From assembly GCA_963665115.1 (NCBI GenBank), contig OY762007.1, forward strand, positions 8,576,001-8,640,000: a stretch of DNA of 64,000 nt. Reading direction: 5' to 3'. A model generated the notes under the pieces. The model worked only from the letters and a program-made list of their open reading frames with translations. It was not told where the DNA came from and ran no database searches. Below are positions 12,317 through 21,894 of the stretch, piece by piece. Each line of letters starts with the position of its first letter. Positions within the stretch are counted from its first letter, which is position 1. Source of the DNA: an uncultured Rivularia sp. Lineage in GTDB: Bacteria; Cyanobacteriota; Cyanobacteriia; Cyanobacteriales; Nostocaceae. Both the position numbers and the translations under genes were made by a program.

Positions 12317-13006
12317 TTATTCACGTCCTAAAAGAATTGATTCTCCGATACGCAGGTTATTAATTCGTCCCACTTTCTGTGCAGATTTGTACCATTCATA
12401 GTTGGCAGAATTTCCCCCAGAAGTGATGGGTAGATTAATTTGAAATTCCTTTTCCATAGCTTCGGTTAAGTCCGATAGTTGCTGCATTTTCTGGTTATCG
12501 GGCTGAATTCCTCCATAACAAGCCAAATTACAGCCTAGTCCGACGATTTTTATCTGAGGAAAGGAAAGAACTTTTTTAATGAATGAGAAAACGTCGCGAG
12601 GAAGTATTCCTTCTCTCAAATCACCCATTTCCACCATTAAAATTATTTGATGAATCTTATTCTGTCTCTTTGCATAATAATTAAGCTCTTGAATCGTCTC
12701 AATTTCGGTGTTGAGGCTAATGTCTACATCTTCAACAACAGATTCTGCTTGACTTAAAGCAGTGCGGAGTAAAACAAAAGTCGCCGAGATTCTCGCAATC
12801 TTCATCCTTTGAATGTTTTCTAATCGAGAGTCAGCAATATACTTTACACCACCTCGAATCATAGCTTCTGCAATTAAAGGCTCTCCTAATACCGCTTTGG
12901 AGACTCCCATTAAAGAAATACCCTGTTGTCCGTATTCGCATAATATTCGAGCGTTATGCTGTATTTTGGATAGGGAAATCTCGATTCTTGGCATAAATGC
13001 TTTCAT
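12317..13006 (-). CDS. Alanine/ornithine racemase-like PLP enzyme (TIM-barrel only, probably C-terminally truncated)
   Basis: GVSKAV PLP lysine, ADSRLEN, EMGDLREG, SGGNSA, RIGESILLG; stops right after the barrel at 229 aa. Confidence 0.8.
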   Translation of the reverse strand: MKAFMPRIEISLSKIQHNARILCEYGQQGISLMGVSKAVLGEPLIAEAMIRGGVKYIADSRLENIQRMKIARISATFVLLRTALSQAESVVEDVDISLNTEIETIQELNYYAKRQNKIHQIILMVEMGDLREGILPRDVFSFIKKVLSFPQIKIVGLGCNLACYGGIQPDNQKMQQLSDLTEAMEKEFQINLPITSGGNSANYEWYKSAQKVGRINNLRIGESILLGRE

Positions 13007-13030
13007 GTATTTTATTTAAACGTTTTGCGT

Positions 13031-14149
13031 TTACCTTGTCGTTAATAAAGAAGTTGTCTGAGAATTTAGTTTCTTTTGACGATCAAGACTTGGAAAACGA
13101 TTACCTAAAGTACGAACGAGTTTTTGACAGCCAGAAGTTAAAACATCTGTAGTTGGTAATTGCAGACGATCTTCATAGCCTTCGATAGTTTTAATTACTT
13201 CCGTTTCTGTCAAATTTTCATGGTTTAACGCGATCGCAATTACCTGAGATTGAGAAATTGCTTCAATCAAGAGAATTTCACTTTCAATTGTCGGCATTGC
13301 TAGATGGGGGAAATCGCAGCGAAATTTCCTTGCAGGAGGATGTTGCAAAATAATTCCATCGGGCATACTTGCTTTTAAAATGCCTACAGAACTCATAAAA
13401 GCAGGATGAGAGACTGCACTTTGTCCTTCCACTAAAATAATATCTGGACTTTCTCGTTCAAAAGCTTGGACAACGGCATTTTCTATTTCTCCGATGACAA
13501 ATTGAGACACCAGCGCGTCGATGGATACACCATACCTTGCCCCTTGCATCAAGCCAGTTTGACCTGTGGCTACCAACACCGACTTGATGCCCAAACTATT
13601 TAAAGCTTTGTTTAATTCCACTGCGGTAGTCATTTTTCCGCAAGCGCAATCAGTACCCAAAACGGCAACTACAGGAATATTAACTTTAGCGATTTGTCCT
13701 GTAAACACATGGAGATCTTCTAATTTTGGAGGTTTTCTGATGTCCTTAATTTCAATTTTATAGTTCGCAGCCATTTCGCTAAACTCAGAATCTTCAGAAA
13801 AGAACTGATGCAGACCATTAATAATATCCATACCTTTGGTCATTGCTTCCAAGATTAATGCTCTTTCTTCAATGGGTATGGAAGCCTCTAAAGGAGCTTT
13901 ACCGTAAATGTAGCAATCAGGAATATCTGGTAACTTATCTAAAGCTGACTGTAGGCTAGCAAAAATGGGAATATCATTTTTTTTATTGTCTAATTCTTCT
14001 CCTGCATCCTTGCCAGCTAAAGAACTATCGATTACACCGACGATATTATAAATTTCCGAATGTCTAACTAAACCGGCTGCGGTTTTGCCATCCATTAAGC
14101 CAAATTGATTTTCACAGTAAACTAAAGCTGTTTTTTTTGCGATCAACAT
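13031..14149 (-). CDS. DUF1611 family protein (DgcN-like)
   Basis: GKTAAGLVR, GTDCACGKMTT, ATGQTG, EGQSAVSHPAF motifs typical of DUF1611. Confidence 0.88.
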   Translation of the reverse strand: MLIAKKTALVYCENQFGLMDGKTAAGLVRHSEIYNIVGVIDSSLAGKDAGEELDNKKNDIPIFASLQSALDKLPDIPDCYIYGKAPLEASIPIEERALILEAMTKGMDIINGLHQFFSEDSEFSEMAANYKIEIKDIRKPPKLEDLHVFTGQIAKVNIPVVAVLGTDCACGKMTTAVELNKALNSLGIKSVLVATGQTGLMQGARYGVSIDALVSQFVIGEIENAVVQAFERESPDIILVEGQSAVSHPAFMSSVGILKASMPDGIILQHPPARKFRCDFPHLAMPTIESEILLIEAISQSQVIAIALNHENLTETEVIKTIEGYEDRLQLPTTDVLTSGCQKLVRTLGNRFPSLDRQKKLNSQTTSLLTTR

Positions 14150-14236
14150 TAAGATTGTTTTTCTTCTTTTCTAATGTTTACTGATGTATGGTGATGGAAG
14201 TTTTGACCGCAGCAGGTCAGTCCATCTTTTATACTT

Positions 14237-14602
14237 TTAAAGACGATTTACTACTGGCTCATCCAAATAAGCTCCCTTCAAGTCAGCTCCCTCTAATTTA
14301 GTCTCGCTCAAGTTAACTCCTGTCAGGTCAGCCCCTCGCAGATCGGCTCCTTGTAAGTTAGTTTCTCGTAGGTTTGCTCCCCGTAGGTCTGTTCCTCCTA
14401 GATTAGCACCCCGTAAGTCTACTCCTCTCAAGTCAGCGTCTCTCAAATCAGAGCCACTTAGGTCAGAGTCAATCATTTAAGCATCAATCAAGCACGCTTC
14501 AACCATTTCCGCATCAGCCAGATTTGATTGATTTAGTTTAGCTTGATTCAAATGAGCTTTAGTTAGGTTTGTTCCTTGTAAGTTAGCTCCAATTAAGTGC
14601 AT
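14237..14602 (-). pseudogene. Pentapeptide repeat protein with in-frame stop
   Basis: MHLIGANLQGTNLTKAHLNQAKL...CLIDA* then MIDSDLSGSDLRDADL...; TAA at 14477-14479 lies in frame within A(D/N)Lxx repeats. Confidence 0.75.
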
Positions 14603-14923
14603 TTTGTTGAGTAATCGGTTTTAAAACTGGCTTTTTTGAGAATAGTGATACACCTTCGGTGTCGGCTTCACCTATCGCAAAGAAGAATAAATATCTGCTT
14701 TCATATAAAATAAATCAGTAAGTAACTTACTTACCGATTGTAAAATTCTAGTCAGATATAGCTGTATGATTTTAATCGTTTCCAGTGTTGGAATCAGTTA
14801 GTCCTTAATGCTTGAAATAAAAAGGTTTTTTGCTCCCAAAGCTTATAGGCATTTAGCGATGTCTTTTTTGTTCGGCGATCGGAACAACTTCGCAGCCACA
14901 AAACAAGCAAGGCTAGGTTAAAC

Positions 14924-15035
14924 AAAAGATAAATTGCTGATATAAATTTGACATAGAACTTCTCCTCAATAAAAGGGTGTAGAGATTATAGGTTCGGAGA
15001 GGAGTCTAGGTCGTTAGTCTAAATACCCGAAAGTA
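14924..15035 (-). pseudogene. Relic 5' UTR and first codons of a second rbp gene
   Basis: Minus strand TTCGGGTA ... TCTCCGAA ... ATGTCAA(A)TTTATATCAGCAATTTATCTTTT, which reads MSIYISNLSF after removing one A; compare rbp MSIYVGNLSY at 11908. Confidence 0.55.
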
Positions 15036-15259
15036 TTTCTCATGCGATATCATTGTAACGAGTAAATCTATACTAATACGAGAAAGATACAACTCTTATT
15101 AATACAAGAATTGATAAATTTTTAGATCTTAAATTTTGCGGAAACTTCGGGTGTAGATGTTCTTTCCCCCAAGCTAAGCATCGAGGGATTTTGGATTACA
15201 AATCTGAATTAAATTAGGAGTTATAAATTATAAATTATAAATTATTGATAATTGTTCAT

Positions 15260-15462
15260 TAGACATCTGCGGAAAACATTTGTATGGTTTCAACTTTTCG
15301 GTAAAACCTAACCCCCTACCCCCCTTCCCTACGAGGGAAGGGGGAAAATTAAGCCTCTCTCCCTGTGGGGGAGAGGTACTCTACGAGAAAACGCTGAGCC
15401 GCACGCCGAAGGCGTGAACGCGTTCATGGAGAGGGGTTCTTGTTGATTTCCGGAGATGTCTA
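15260..15462. mobile_element. MITE with TAGACATCT(G/C)CGGAAA ends, carrying a nested hairpin
   Basis: TAGACATCTGCGGAAA ... TTTCCGGAGATGTCTA; internal CCCCCTTCCCTACGAGGGAAGGGGG hairpin; partial inverted copy at 26675-26771. Confidence 0.8.
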
Positions 15463-15494
15463 TTGATAATTGTTAATTGATAACTATTCATCGA

Positions 15495-15863
15495 TCAAAA
15501 CTTCTGCATTTTATTGCTAACTGGGTCAAAATTCGGAGTGAAACGAGTGCTGTTATCGTAGCAAGCTCTATCGAGATTAGCTCCATAAATCTTGGTATAT
15601 TTGAGTTTGGCTCCTCGGAGGTTGGCATCTTTGAGATTTGCGCCGCTCAAATTGGCTCGGATCAAATTAGCATTCGCTAAGTTCGCACCTCCTAAATTAG
15701 CTCCCCATAATTTGGCTTTAGCTAAATTGGCATCAGTTAGATCGGCAGCAAAAAAATTAGCTCCAACTAAATTAGCTCCAATCAACTTGGCTTTAGCTAA
15801 ATTAACTGCTGTAAAATCTCTTTCTCCTGCATCGTAACGTCGCTGTAGTTCCTCAGCATCCAT
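15495..15863 (-). CDS. Pentapeptide repeat protein
   Basis: MDAEELQRRYDAGERDF start followed by A(N/D/K)Lxx repeats. Confidence 0.92.
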   Translation of the reverse strand: MDAEELQRRYDAGERDFTAVNLAKAKLIGANLVGANFFAADLTDANLAKAKLWGANLGGANLANANLIRANLSGANLKDANLRGAKLKYTKIYGANLDRACYDNSTRFTPNFDPVSNKMQKF

Positions 15864-16023
15864 ATTTATTTAACCTTCGCGAGTAATTTTGAAACTATTT
15901 CACTCCCATATATCTAAATTTTAGTCGATTATAAAAGCAACTGTTAAATTTGTTTCCCAAGCTAATTAATTTGTGTCCACCTACTTACTTACCTCCTTCA
16001 GCCTTTTTCACGACTTAGTTTTA

Positions 16024-16521
16024 CTAGAAACTTAAGCAATTATCATCTAAATTCTCAGTTCTTTGCTGATTATTTTTCTCAGATTTCCAGTACAATCTAC
16101 CACCTAAGCAAACACCGACATAACCGAATAATCTACGCCACTTGCTGACACCTGCTTCTTCCATCATTTTTAGGAATAAATCGTCAGCCTCTTTGCGAGA
16201 GTAGAATATGTTTTGAGGTTCAATGGTTCCTAATAATTTTTTATTGTCATGGTACTTTCGTTTTCCTCCTCTGCTCATATACATGAAATCGTGAATTAAC
16301 GGTGCTTCGAGAGAAAGCTCATGTACTCCAACTATTCTCCAGAAAATTCTAGGAATCGAAGATAAATCAAACTTAAAACCTTTATTGATGATAATTTTAG
16401 CATCTTTAATCTCATCAAAATAATGGTATTCCTCTTCCAAAGTCCATATATTTTCCACAGGATTGTAAGATAATTTTACTCGTGGAAATTTTGATATTGC
16501 TGATTTGTTAAGAGTTTGCAT
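16024..16521 (-). CDS. DUF1353 domain protein
   Basis: GFKFDLSSIPRIFW, APLIHDFMY, RKEADDLF motifs. Confidence 0.8.
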   Translation of the reverse strand: MQTLNKSAISKFPRVKLSYNPVENIWTLEEEYHYFDEIKDAKIIINKGFKFDLSSIPRIFWRIVGVHELSLEAPLIHDFMYMSRGGKRKYHDNKKLLGTIEPQNIFYSRKEADDLFLKMMEEAGVSKWRRLFGYVGVCLGGRLYWKSEKNNQQRTENLDDNCLSF

Positions 16522-16889
16522 GACTTAGTTTTCCTATATTTATATTAACGACGTATTATGTTTTCTATTCTTATCTCCATGAAAAAAAACTTTTTTACGT
16601 ATTTTTCGCTGGTAAAAGTACCAGAATAAAATTTGTCACGCAGAAACCTGCGATAAATAGAGGTGTTTTTCTATATACAGTTAGACCGGATTTGGAATTG
16701 TCATACTTTGAATATTTAGATGAAATTTGTAGAGAATCTGCTCGTTAAACTGAGTAAACAAATATTTATTGCAAGTTTGAACGGTTTTATATTGTGATAA
16801 TTAACCGTTTTCAAGGAACATGGCTACATTCACGTCACAAATATGTAATTCTTGTAGAATAATTGTGATGTATATCTCAGTACTGTCTG

Positions 16890-19800
16890 ATGACCGAGGA
16901 AGAACTGCTACAGGTAATTGAACGAGCAGCAACAGAGGGAGCGACGGAATTAGACCTTTCTAGTAATGTTTTGACTGCTTTACCCGCAGAAATTGTCCAA
17001 CTCACCAATTTGCAAACCCTCTACCTCTACAACAATCAACTGAGTAGTTTACCAGCAGAAATTGTCCAACTCACCAATTTGCGAACCCTCCACCTCGATA
17101 GCAATCAACTGAGTAGTTTACCAGCAGAAATTGTCCAACTCACCAATTTGCAATCCCTCGACCTCAGAAGCAATAAACTGAGTAGTTTACCAGCAGAAAT
17201 TGTCCAACTCACCAATTTGCAATCCCTCAACCTCACTTTCAATCAACTGTGTAGTTTTCCAGGAGAAATTGTCCAACTCACCAATTTGCAAACCCTCGAC
17301 CTCAGTGGCAATCAACTGAGTAGTTTACCAGCAGAGTTTGGACAACTCACCAATTTGCTACTCCTCCACCTCAGTGGCAATCAACTGAGTAGTTTACCAG
17401 CAGAATTTGGACAACTCACCAATTTGCTACTCCTTTACCTCAGTGGCAATCAACTGAGTAGTTTACCAGCAGAATTTGGACAACTCACCAATTTACAAAC
17501 TCTCGACCTCAGCAGTAATCAACTGAGTATTTTACCAGAAACAATTAAAAGACTCACTAAACTTGAAAAACTGGATTTACGCAGGAACCCACTCCCAATT
17601 CCACCGGAAATTTTGGGGTCAAAAAACACATGGAAAGATCTAGGAGATGTCTCGGAAATCCTTGATTTTTATTTCCGAGTACAAGATCCATCAGAAACGG
17701 AACCCCTTTATGAAGCAAAATTATTAATTGTTGGGGAAGGAGAAGCGGGTAAAACTTCTTTAGCTAAGAAAATTGAAGATGAAAACTACCAACTCAAAGG
17801 AGATGAGAAATCAACCGAAGGAATTGATGTAATTCAGTGGAAGTTCCCACTACCCAATGGTAAAGAATTTTGCGTTAATATCTGGGATTTTGGTGGACAA
17901 GAAATTTACCATCAAACTCATCAATTTTTTCTATCCAAACGTTCTTTTTATGTTTTAGTTGCAGATAACCGTAGAGAAAATCCTAACTTTTACTGGTGGC
18001 TGAAAGTTGTCGAACTTTTAAGCGATAATAGCCCAGTTTTGATTATTAAAAATGAAAAAAAAGACCGCCAGTGTGAAGTGAATGAACGCCAGCTACGGGG
18101 AGAGTTTTTGAATTTAAAAGAAGTTTTAGTAACTAACTTAGATACAAATCGCGGTTTAGCAGAAATTAAAAAGAATATTCAAAATTATATTAGTAATCTT
18201 GACCATGTTGGTGATGCTTCACCTTTACCAACAATTTGGGTGAGAGTGCGAGCAGCTTTAGACAACGATTCTCGCAATTACATTAGTCGAGAAGAATATT
18301 ATCAACTTTGTAGAATTAATAATTTAACTGACTCTAAAGATATGCTGCGGTTGAGTAGCTTTTTACATGACTTAGGGGTTTGTCTGCATTTTCAAGATGA
18401 TTCTACACTGAAACATTGCATAATTCTCAAACCAGAATGGGCAACAACTGCGGTTTATAAAGTATTAGATAATAAAACCGTCATCAAAAATCTAGGATGT
18501 TTTACTCAAGAACAACTCGCTGATATTTGGAAGGATAGTGAATATAGCGATATGCAAGATGAACTGCTGCAATTAATGATGCGGTTTAAACTCTGCTACC
18601 CAATTCCAAATGATTCTGGTAAATACATTTCGCCACAACTACTCGATATTAACGAACCCAAATACACTTGGGATAAATCGAATAATCTCATCTTGCGCTA
18701 CAAATATGATTTTATGCCCAAAGGTATTATTACCCGCTTCATTGTAGAAACACACCCTTGGATTGAACAACAAACACTCGTTTGGAGAAGTGGGGTTGTT
18801 CTCAACAAAGACGAAAGTCGTGCTGAAGTCATTGAAAACTATAATCAGAAGGAAATTAAAGTAAGGGTATCGGGAAACCGCAAAAAAGAATTGCTCGCGG
18901 TTGTCACTCACGAATTAGATAAAATTCATGGTTCTTTTGAGCGTTTGCAATATCAAACCTTGGTTCCCTGTAACTGTAGTGAATGTGTAGAAAGTGAAAA
19001 TCCTTATACTTATGCTTTAGAAAATTTGCGTAGACGTTTAGAAAGGCGTAGAAATGAAATTGAGTGCGATCGCAGTTTTGAAAATGTAAATATCCGTAGA
19101 TTGATTGATGATGTAAATTTACCACTTCAACAAGAAAATCGGGATTCTGTTGTCAAAGAATCACCATTGCAAGAGGAATTAGAAAGCGATAGAAAGCAAT
19201 CATTTAATCAAAATCAAACTAAAATGAATTACCAAGATTTTCAAATATTAGTTGATAAAAATAAGAATATTCGTGCTTCCTCTTCTCAAGGCGAGGTTTC
19301 TGGTGAATTAAGTTTAGATATGAGCCGAACAAAGCATACATTAAAATTAATCGAGCATCAGGTAAAAGATGCCGAATTGCTGAAAGGATTGGGCAATGAA
19401 CTCTACCAAGCACTATTTCCCAACCAAATTAATGCTCGATTCCACGCAACAATGGCAGAAGCAAAAGCGAAAAAAGATAGCGTGCGTTTGCGTTTAATAT
19501 TTGAATCTCCCGAAGTAGCTTCCATACCTTGGGAATTCCTCTACGACGAAGGTAATAACACCTTTTTAGGAAACAATACCGAAACCGTACTCTCGCGCTA
19601 TATTGATATTCCCCTACAAAAACGCGATATTAAAGCTGCCAGTTTACCCCTGAAAGTTTTATTAGTAATCTCCGCTCCGAGCAACTTAAGCAAATTGGAC
19701 GTTTCTGGAGAAGAAAAACTAATTCAAGAAGCACTGAAAAAACACATAGAAAAAGGAAAAATTGAGTTAGATGTCTTAAAAACAGCTACGAGACGGGATA

Positions 19801-20294
19801 TCCAGCAAAAGCTGAGAGAAAAGCCTTACAATGTTTTTCACTTCATCGGACATGGTGAATTTGAAGATAACAAAGGTAATATCATTCTGGTAGATGAAGA
19901 AGGTAGAGCGAAATATATGAATGATGAAACATTCGCCAACTTCTTTTTAGGCAATAGCAACATTGGGTTAGTGATTCTCAATTCCTGTAAAGGTGCGACA
20001 GTATCTTCCAATCAAGCTATGAGGGGTACAGCACCCAACTTAGTGCGTCGTGGAATCCCCGCAGTAGTAGCGATGCAATATTCCATTCTTGATACCACAG
20101 CGAAACTTTTCGCTGACGAGTTTTACCGTACTCTAGCACTAGGTTATCCGGTTGATGCAGCGATTCAAACTACTCGTAATGCTATTTCTATGGAAACGGG
20201 ATTAGATAAGCGCGATTTTGCGACACCAGTACTTTATATGCGAGCTAAGGGACGGAATAATTTTAGATGGATTGCACAAATAATAAGAATATAA
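16890..20294 (+). CDS. Roco protein: LRR - Roc GTPase - COR - CHAT (caspase-like) protease
   Basis: About 10 LRRs; P-loop GEGEAGKT, WDFGGQ; COR (FLHDLGVCLHF, FMPKGIITRFIV); CHAT IPWEFL, HFIGHG and LNSC dyad. The true end is probably ...RAKDGIILDGLHK* (extra G at 20249-20251). Confidence 0.93.
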   Translation: MTEEELLQVIERAATEGATELDLSSNVLTALPAEIVQLTNLQTLYLYNNQLSSLPAEIVQLTNLRTLHLDSNQLSSLPAEIVQLTNLQSLDLRSNKLSSLPAEIVQLTNLQSLNLTFNQLCSFPGEIVQLTNLQTLDLSGNQLSSLPAEFGQLTNLLLLHLSGNQLSSLPAEFGQLTNLLLLYLSGNQLSSLPAEFGQLTNLQTLDLSSNQLSILPETIKRLTKLEKLDLRRNPLPIPPEILGSKNTWKDLGDVSEILDFYFRVQDPSETEPLYEAKLLIVGEGEAGKTSLAKKIEDENYQLKGDEKSTEGIDVIQWKFPLPNGKEFCVNIWDFGGQEIYHQTHQFFLSKRSFYVLVADNRRENPNFYWWLKVVELLSDNSPVLIIKNEKKDRQCEVNERQLRGEFLNLKEVLVTNLDTNRGLAEIKKNIQNYISNLDHVGDASPLPTIWVRVRAALDNDSRNYISREEYYQLCRINNLTDSKDMLRLSSFLHDLGVCLHFQDDSTLKHCIILKPEWATTAVYKVLDNKTVIKNLGCFTQEQLADIWKDSEYSDMQDELLQLMMRFKLCYPIPNDSGKYISPQLLDINEPKYTWDKSNNLILRYKYDFMPKGIITRFIVETHPWIEQQTLVWRSGVVLNKDESRAEVIENYNQKEIKVRVSGNRKKELLAVVTHELDKIHGSFERLQYQTLVPCNCSECVESENPYTYALENLRRRLERRRNEIECDRSFENVNIRRLIDDVNLPLQQENRDSVVKESPLQEELESDRKQSFNQNQTKMNYQDFQILVDKNKNIRASSSQGEVSGELSLDMSRTKHTLKLIEHQVKDAELLKGLGNELYQALFPNQINARFHATMAEAKAKKDSVRLRLIFESPEVASIPWEFLYDEGNNTFLGNNTETVLSRYIDIPLQKRDIKAASLPLKVLLVISAPSNLSKLDVSGEEKLIQEALKKHIEKGKIELDVLKTATRRDIQQKLREKPYNVFHFIGHGEFEDNKGNIILVDEEGRAKYMNDETFANFFLGNSNIGLVILNSCKGATVSSNQAMRGTAPNLVRRGIPAVVAMQYSILDTTAKLFADEFYRTLALGYPVDAAIQTTRNAISMETGLDKRDFATPVLYMRAKGRNNFRWIAQIIRI
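16998..17549 (+). repeat. Eight tandem 69-bp LRR-coding units
   Basis: CAACTCACCAATTT recurs at 16998, 17067 ... 17481 with exact 69-bp period. Confidence 0.95.
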
Positions 20295-20378
20295 GTGAAA
20301 TAAGGCTACAAAATACCGTTGCTAACCCCTCTCCTTGACAAGGAGAGGGGATGGGGTGAGGTTTCATGTTTATCTTAA

Positions 20379-21020
20379 TTACCCAAACGGTTGTCCCCAG
20401 ATTCCCCAATTCTCTTTATTAAATGGACTACGCCACTTCAAAATCAAACTCAATTCTAAATCTTGCCTAATTTCTCTAAGTTGCGGCGTATCCCACCAAA
20501 ACCCAACTTTTATAGTAGTTGGTAGTTTATAGCGCTGGTTTAAGTCTTGATAAGCAGCAATGCAATCTTTACAATCATGTTTCTGCTTCCAACGCTTATT
20601 AGAACGTAGCATTTCGTCTACATATAAAATTAGCTGTGCTGTTGAATCGATTATAAAATACAAGCAGGTTTTACCGGGGTAATCGCTAGATATCCGATAA
20701 AATGCTATTGATTGCAGATGAAGAGTTAGCGGCTCAATTTTATCGGGATCGTAATGGTTTGGTGGTAGCTCAAACAACTCTGCTTGCTGGGCTGGCGGGG
20801 TTTCGCGTACTTTCTGTTGATAGTTGATTATCTGCAATTTCCACCGCTGTAGCTCTTGGGCGCTCATCACAAAGTCATTGCGGCGCTTGGTTTTGAACTT
20901 TTTGCCGGGAAACATTTCAAGTTGTCCCGGTGGTGGCGGTGGAGGTGGATATGCAAATAGTTCCAGTTGTTTCGGCTCAACTGGTGTGTCTTTAAATAAG
21001 TCAAGTTGGTTTGACTCCAT
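20379..21020 (-). CDS. GIY-YIG-like nuclease family protein, possibly degenerate, with repeated QLxLF motifs
   Basis: CLYFIID...ILYVDE...NKRW..HDCK and LELSLILKWRSPFN; the YxG glycine appears replaced (YVD). Confidence 0.65.
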   Translation of the reverse strand: MESNQLDLFKDTPVEPKQLELFAYPPPPPPPGQLEMFPGKKFKTKRRNDFVMSAQELQRWKLQIINYQQKVRETPPAQQAELFELPPNHYDPDKIEPLTLHLQSIAFYRISSDYPGKTCLYFIIDSTAQLILYVDEMLRSNKRWKQKHDCKDCIAAYQDLNQRYKLPTTIKVGFWWDTPQLREIRQDLELSLILKWRSPFNKENWGIWGQPFG

Positions 21021-21173
21021 CCATATATCCCAAACGCATTTGTTGATAATATCCGCTGGTAGAGAAATGAGCCAAAAAATATTAGTGATTTTTATTTAAC
21101 TTACTTACTTAGCACTGCGGTGAATCTTATGCTAGTTTTTCATTACAGCACTAATCCATTTGGAGCTACTTAA

Positions 21174-21815
21174 ATGATTTTAAATAAAATTAAAGGCTTG
21201 TGGATGATTACTACTGCTTTTATTCCGATTGTTTGGATAGTGATTTTTCTGAATATAATTTTTGATATAAATCATCTAGCCAATAGTTCTATAAATACAG
21301 TTAACAGCACTTTTTCAGGAATGACGGCTACATTTGATAGTTCTGCCAATTCTCTAAATAATTCTATGGAGCCAATTCGTAATTTGGAAAAGTCTTTATC
21401 TGAAGTTTCCCAGAGAGTTAATAGTATTCCGGTAAATATTCAAACACCTGACATTAACTTTCCCGATACAAGATTACCTTTTGAATTACCTACTATTCCT
21501 AGTTTCGATATTTTAATACCCGGACTAAAAGATGTAAAAAATATATTAACTAAAAACTTTGATATATTGGATAAATTTAACGAACTAATTGGCAGCATCT
21601 CCAATTTTGAGCAAAACCAAGCATATTATCAAGAAATTATTTTAAGCGTACAAGAATCAATTAAAGAAGTGCAAATAATTGCTTTCAAAATCATTGTTTT
21701 AGTTGTTATCGGAGCAATAATTACTATTCCCTTCTTGATTCGACTATTAATTACCCCTTATATTCGATGGACGCATAATAGGATTACAACAGGATGGAAG
21801 TTAATTCGTAATTAA
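21174..21815 (+). CDS. Hypothetical two-TM membrane protein
   Basis: Hydrophobic N- and C-terminal segments flanking a helical region. Confidence 0.6.
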   Translation: MILNKIKGLWMITTAFIPIVWIVIFLNIIFDINHLANSSINTVNSTFSGMTATFDSSANSLNNSMEPIRNLEKSLSEVSQRVNSIPVNIQTPDINFPDTRLPFELPTIPSFDILIPGLKDVKNILTKNFDILDKFNELIGSISNFEQNQAYYQEIILSVQESIKEVQIIAFKIIVLVVIGAIITIPFLIRLLITPYIRWTHNRITTGWKLIRN

Positions 21816-21894
21816 GGTTAAAGGTTAAAGGTTAGATTGTTATAACTCATAACTCATCACTCATAACTCATCACTCCCAACTCCTAACTCCTAA

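Noticed and set aside
16998..17549. Possible CRISPR array or DGR variable region
   Set aside because: The units are in-frame 69-bp LRR codons without unique spacers; no cas, RT or template repeat is visible in the window
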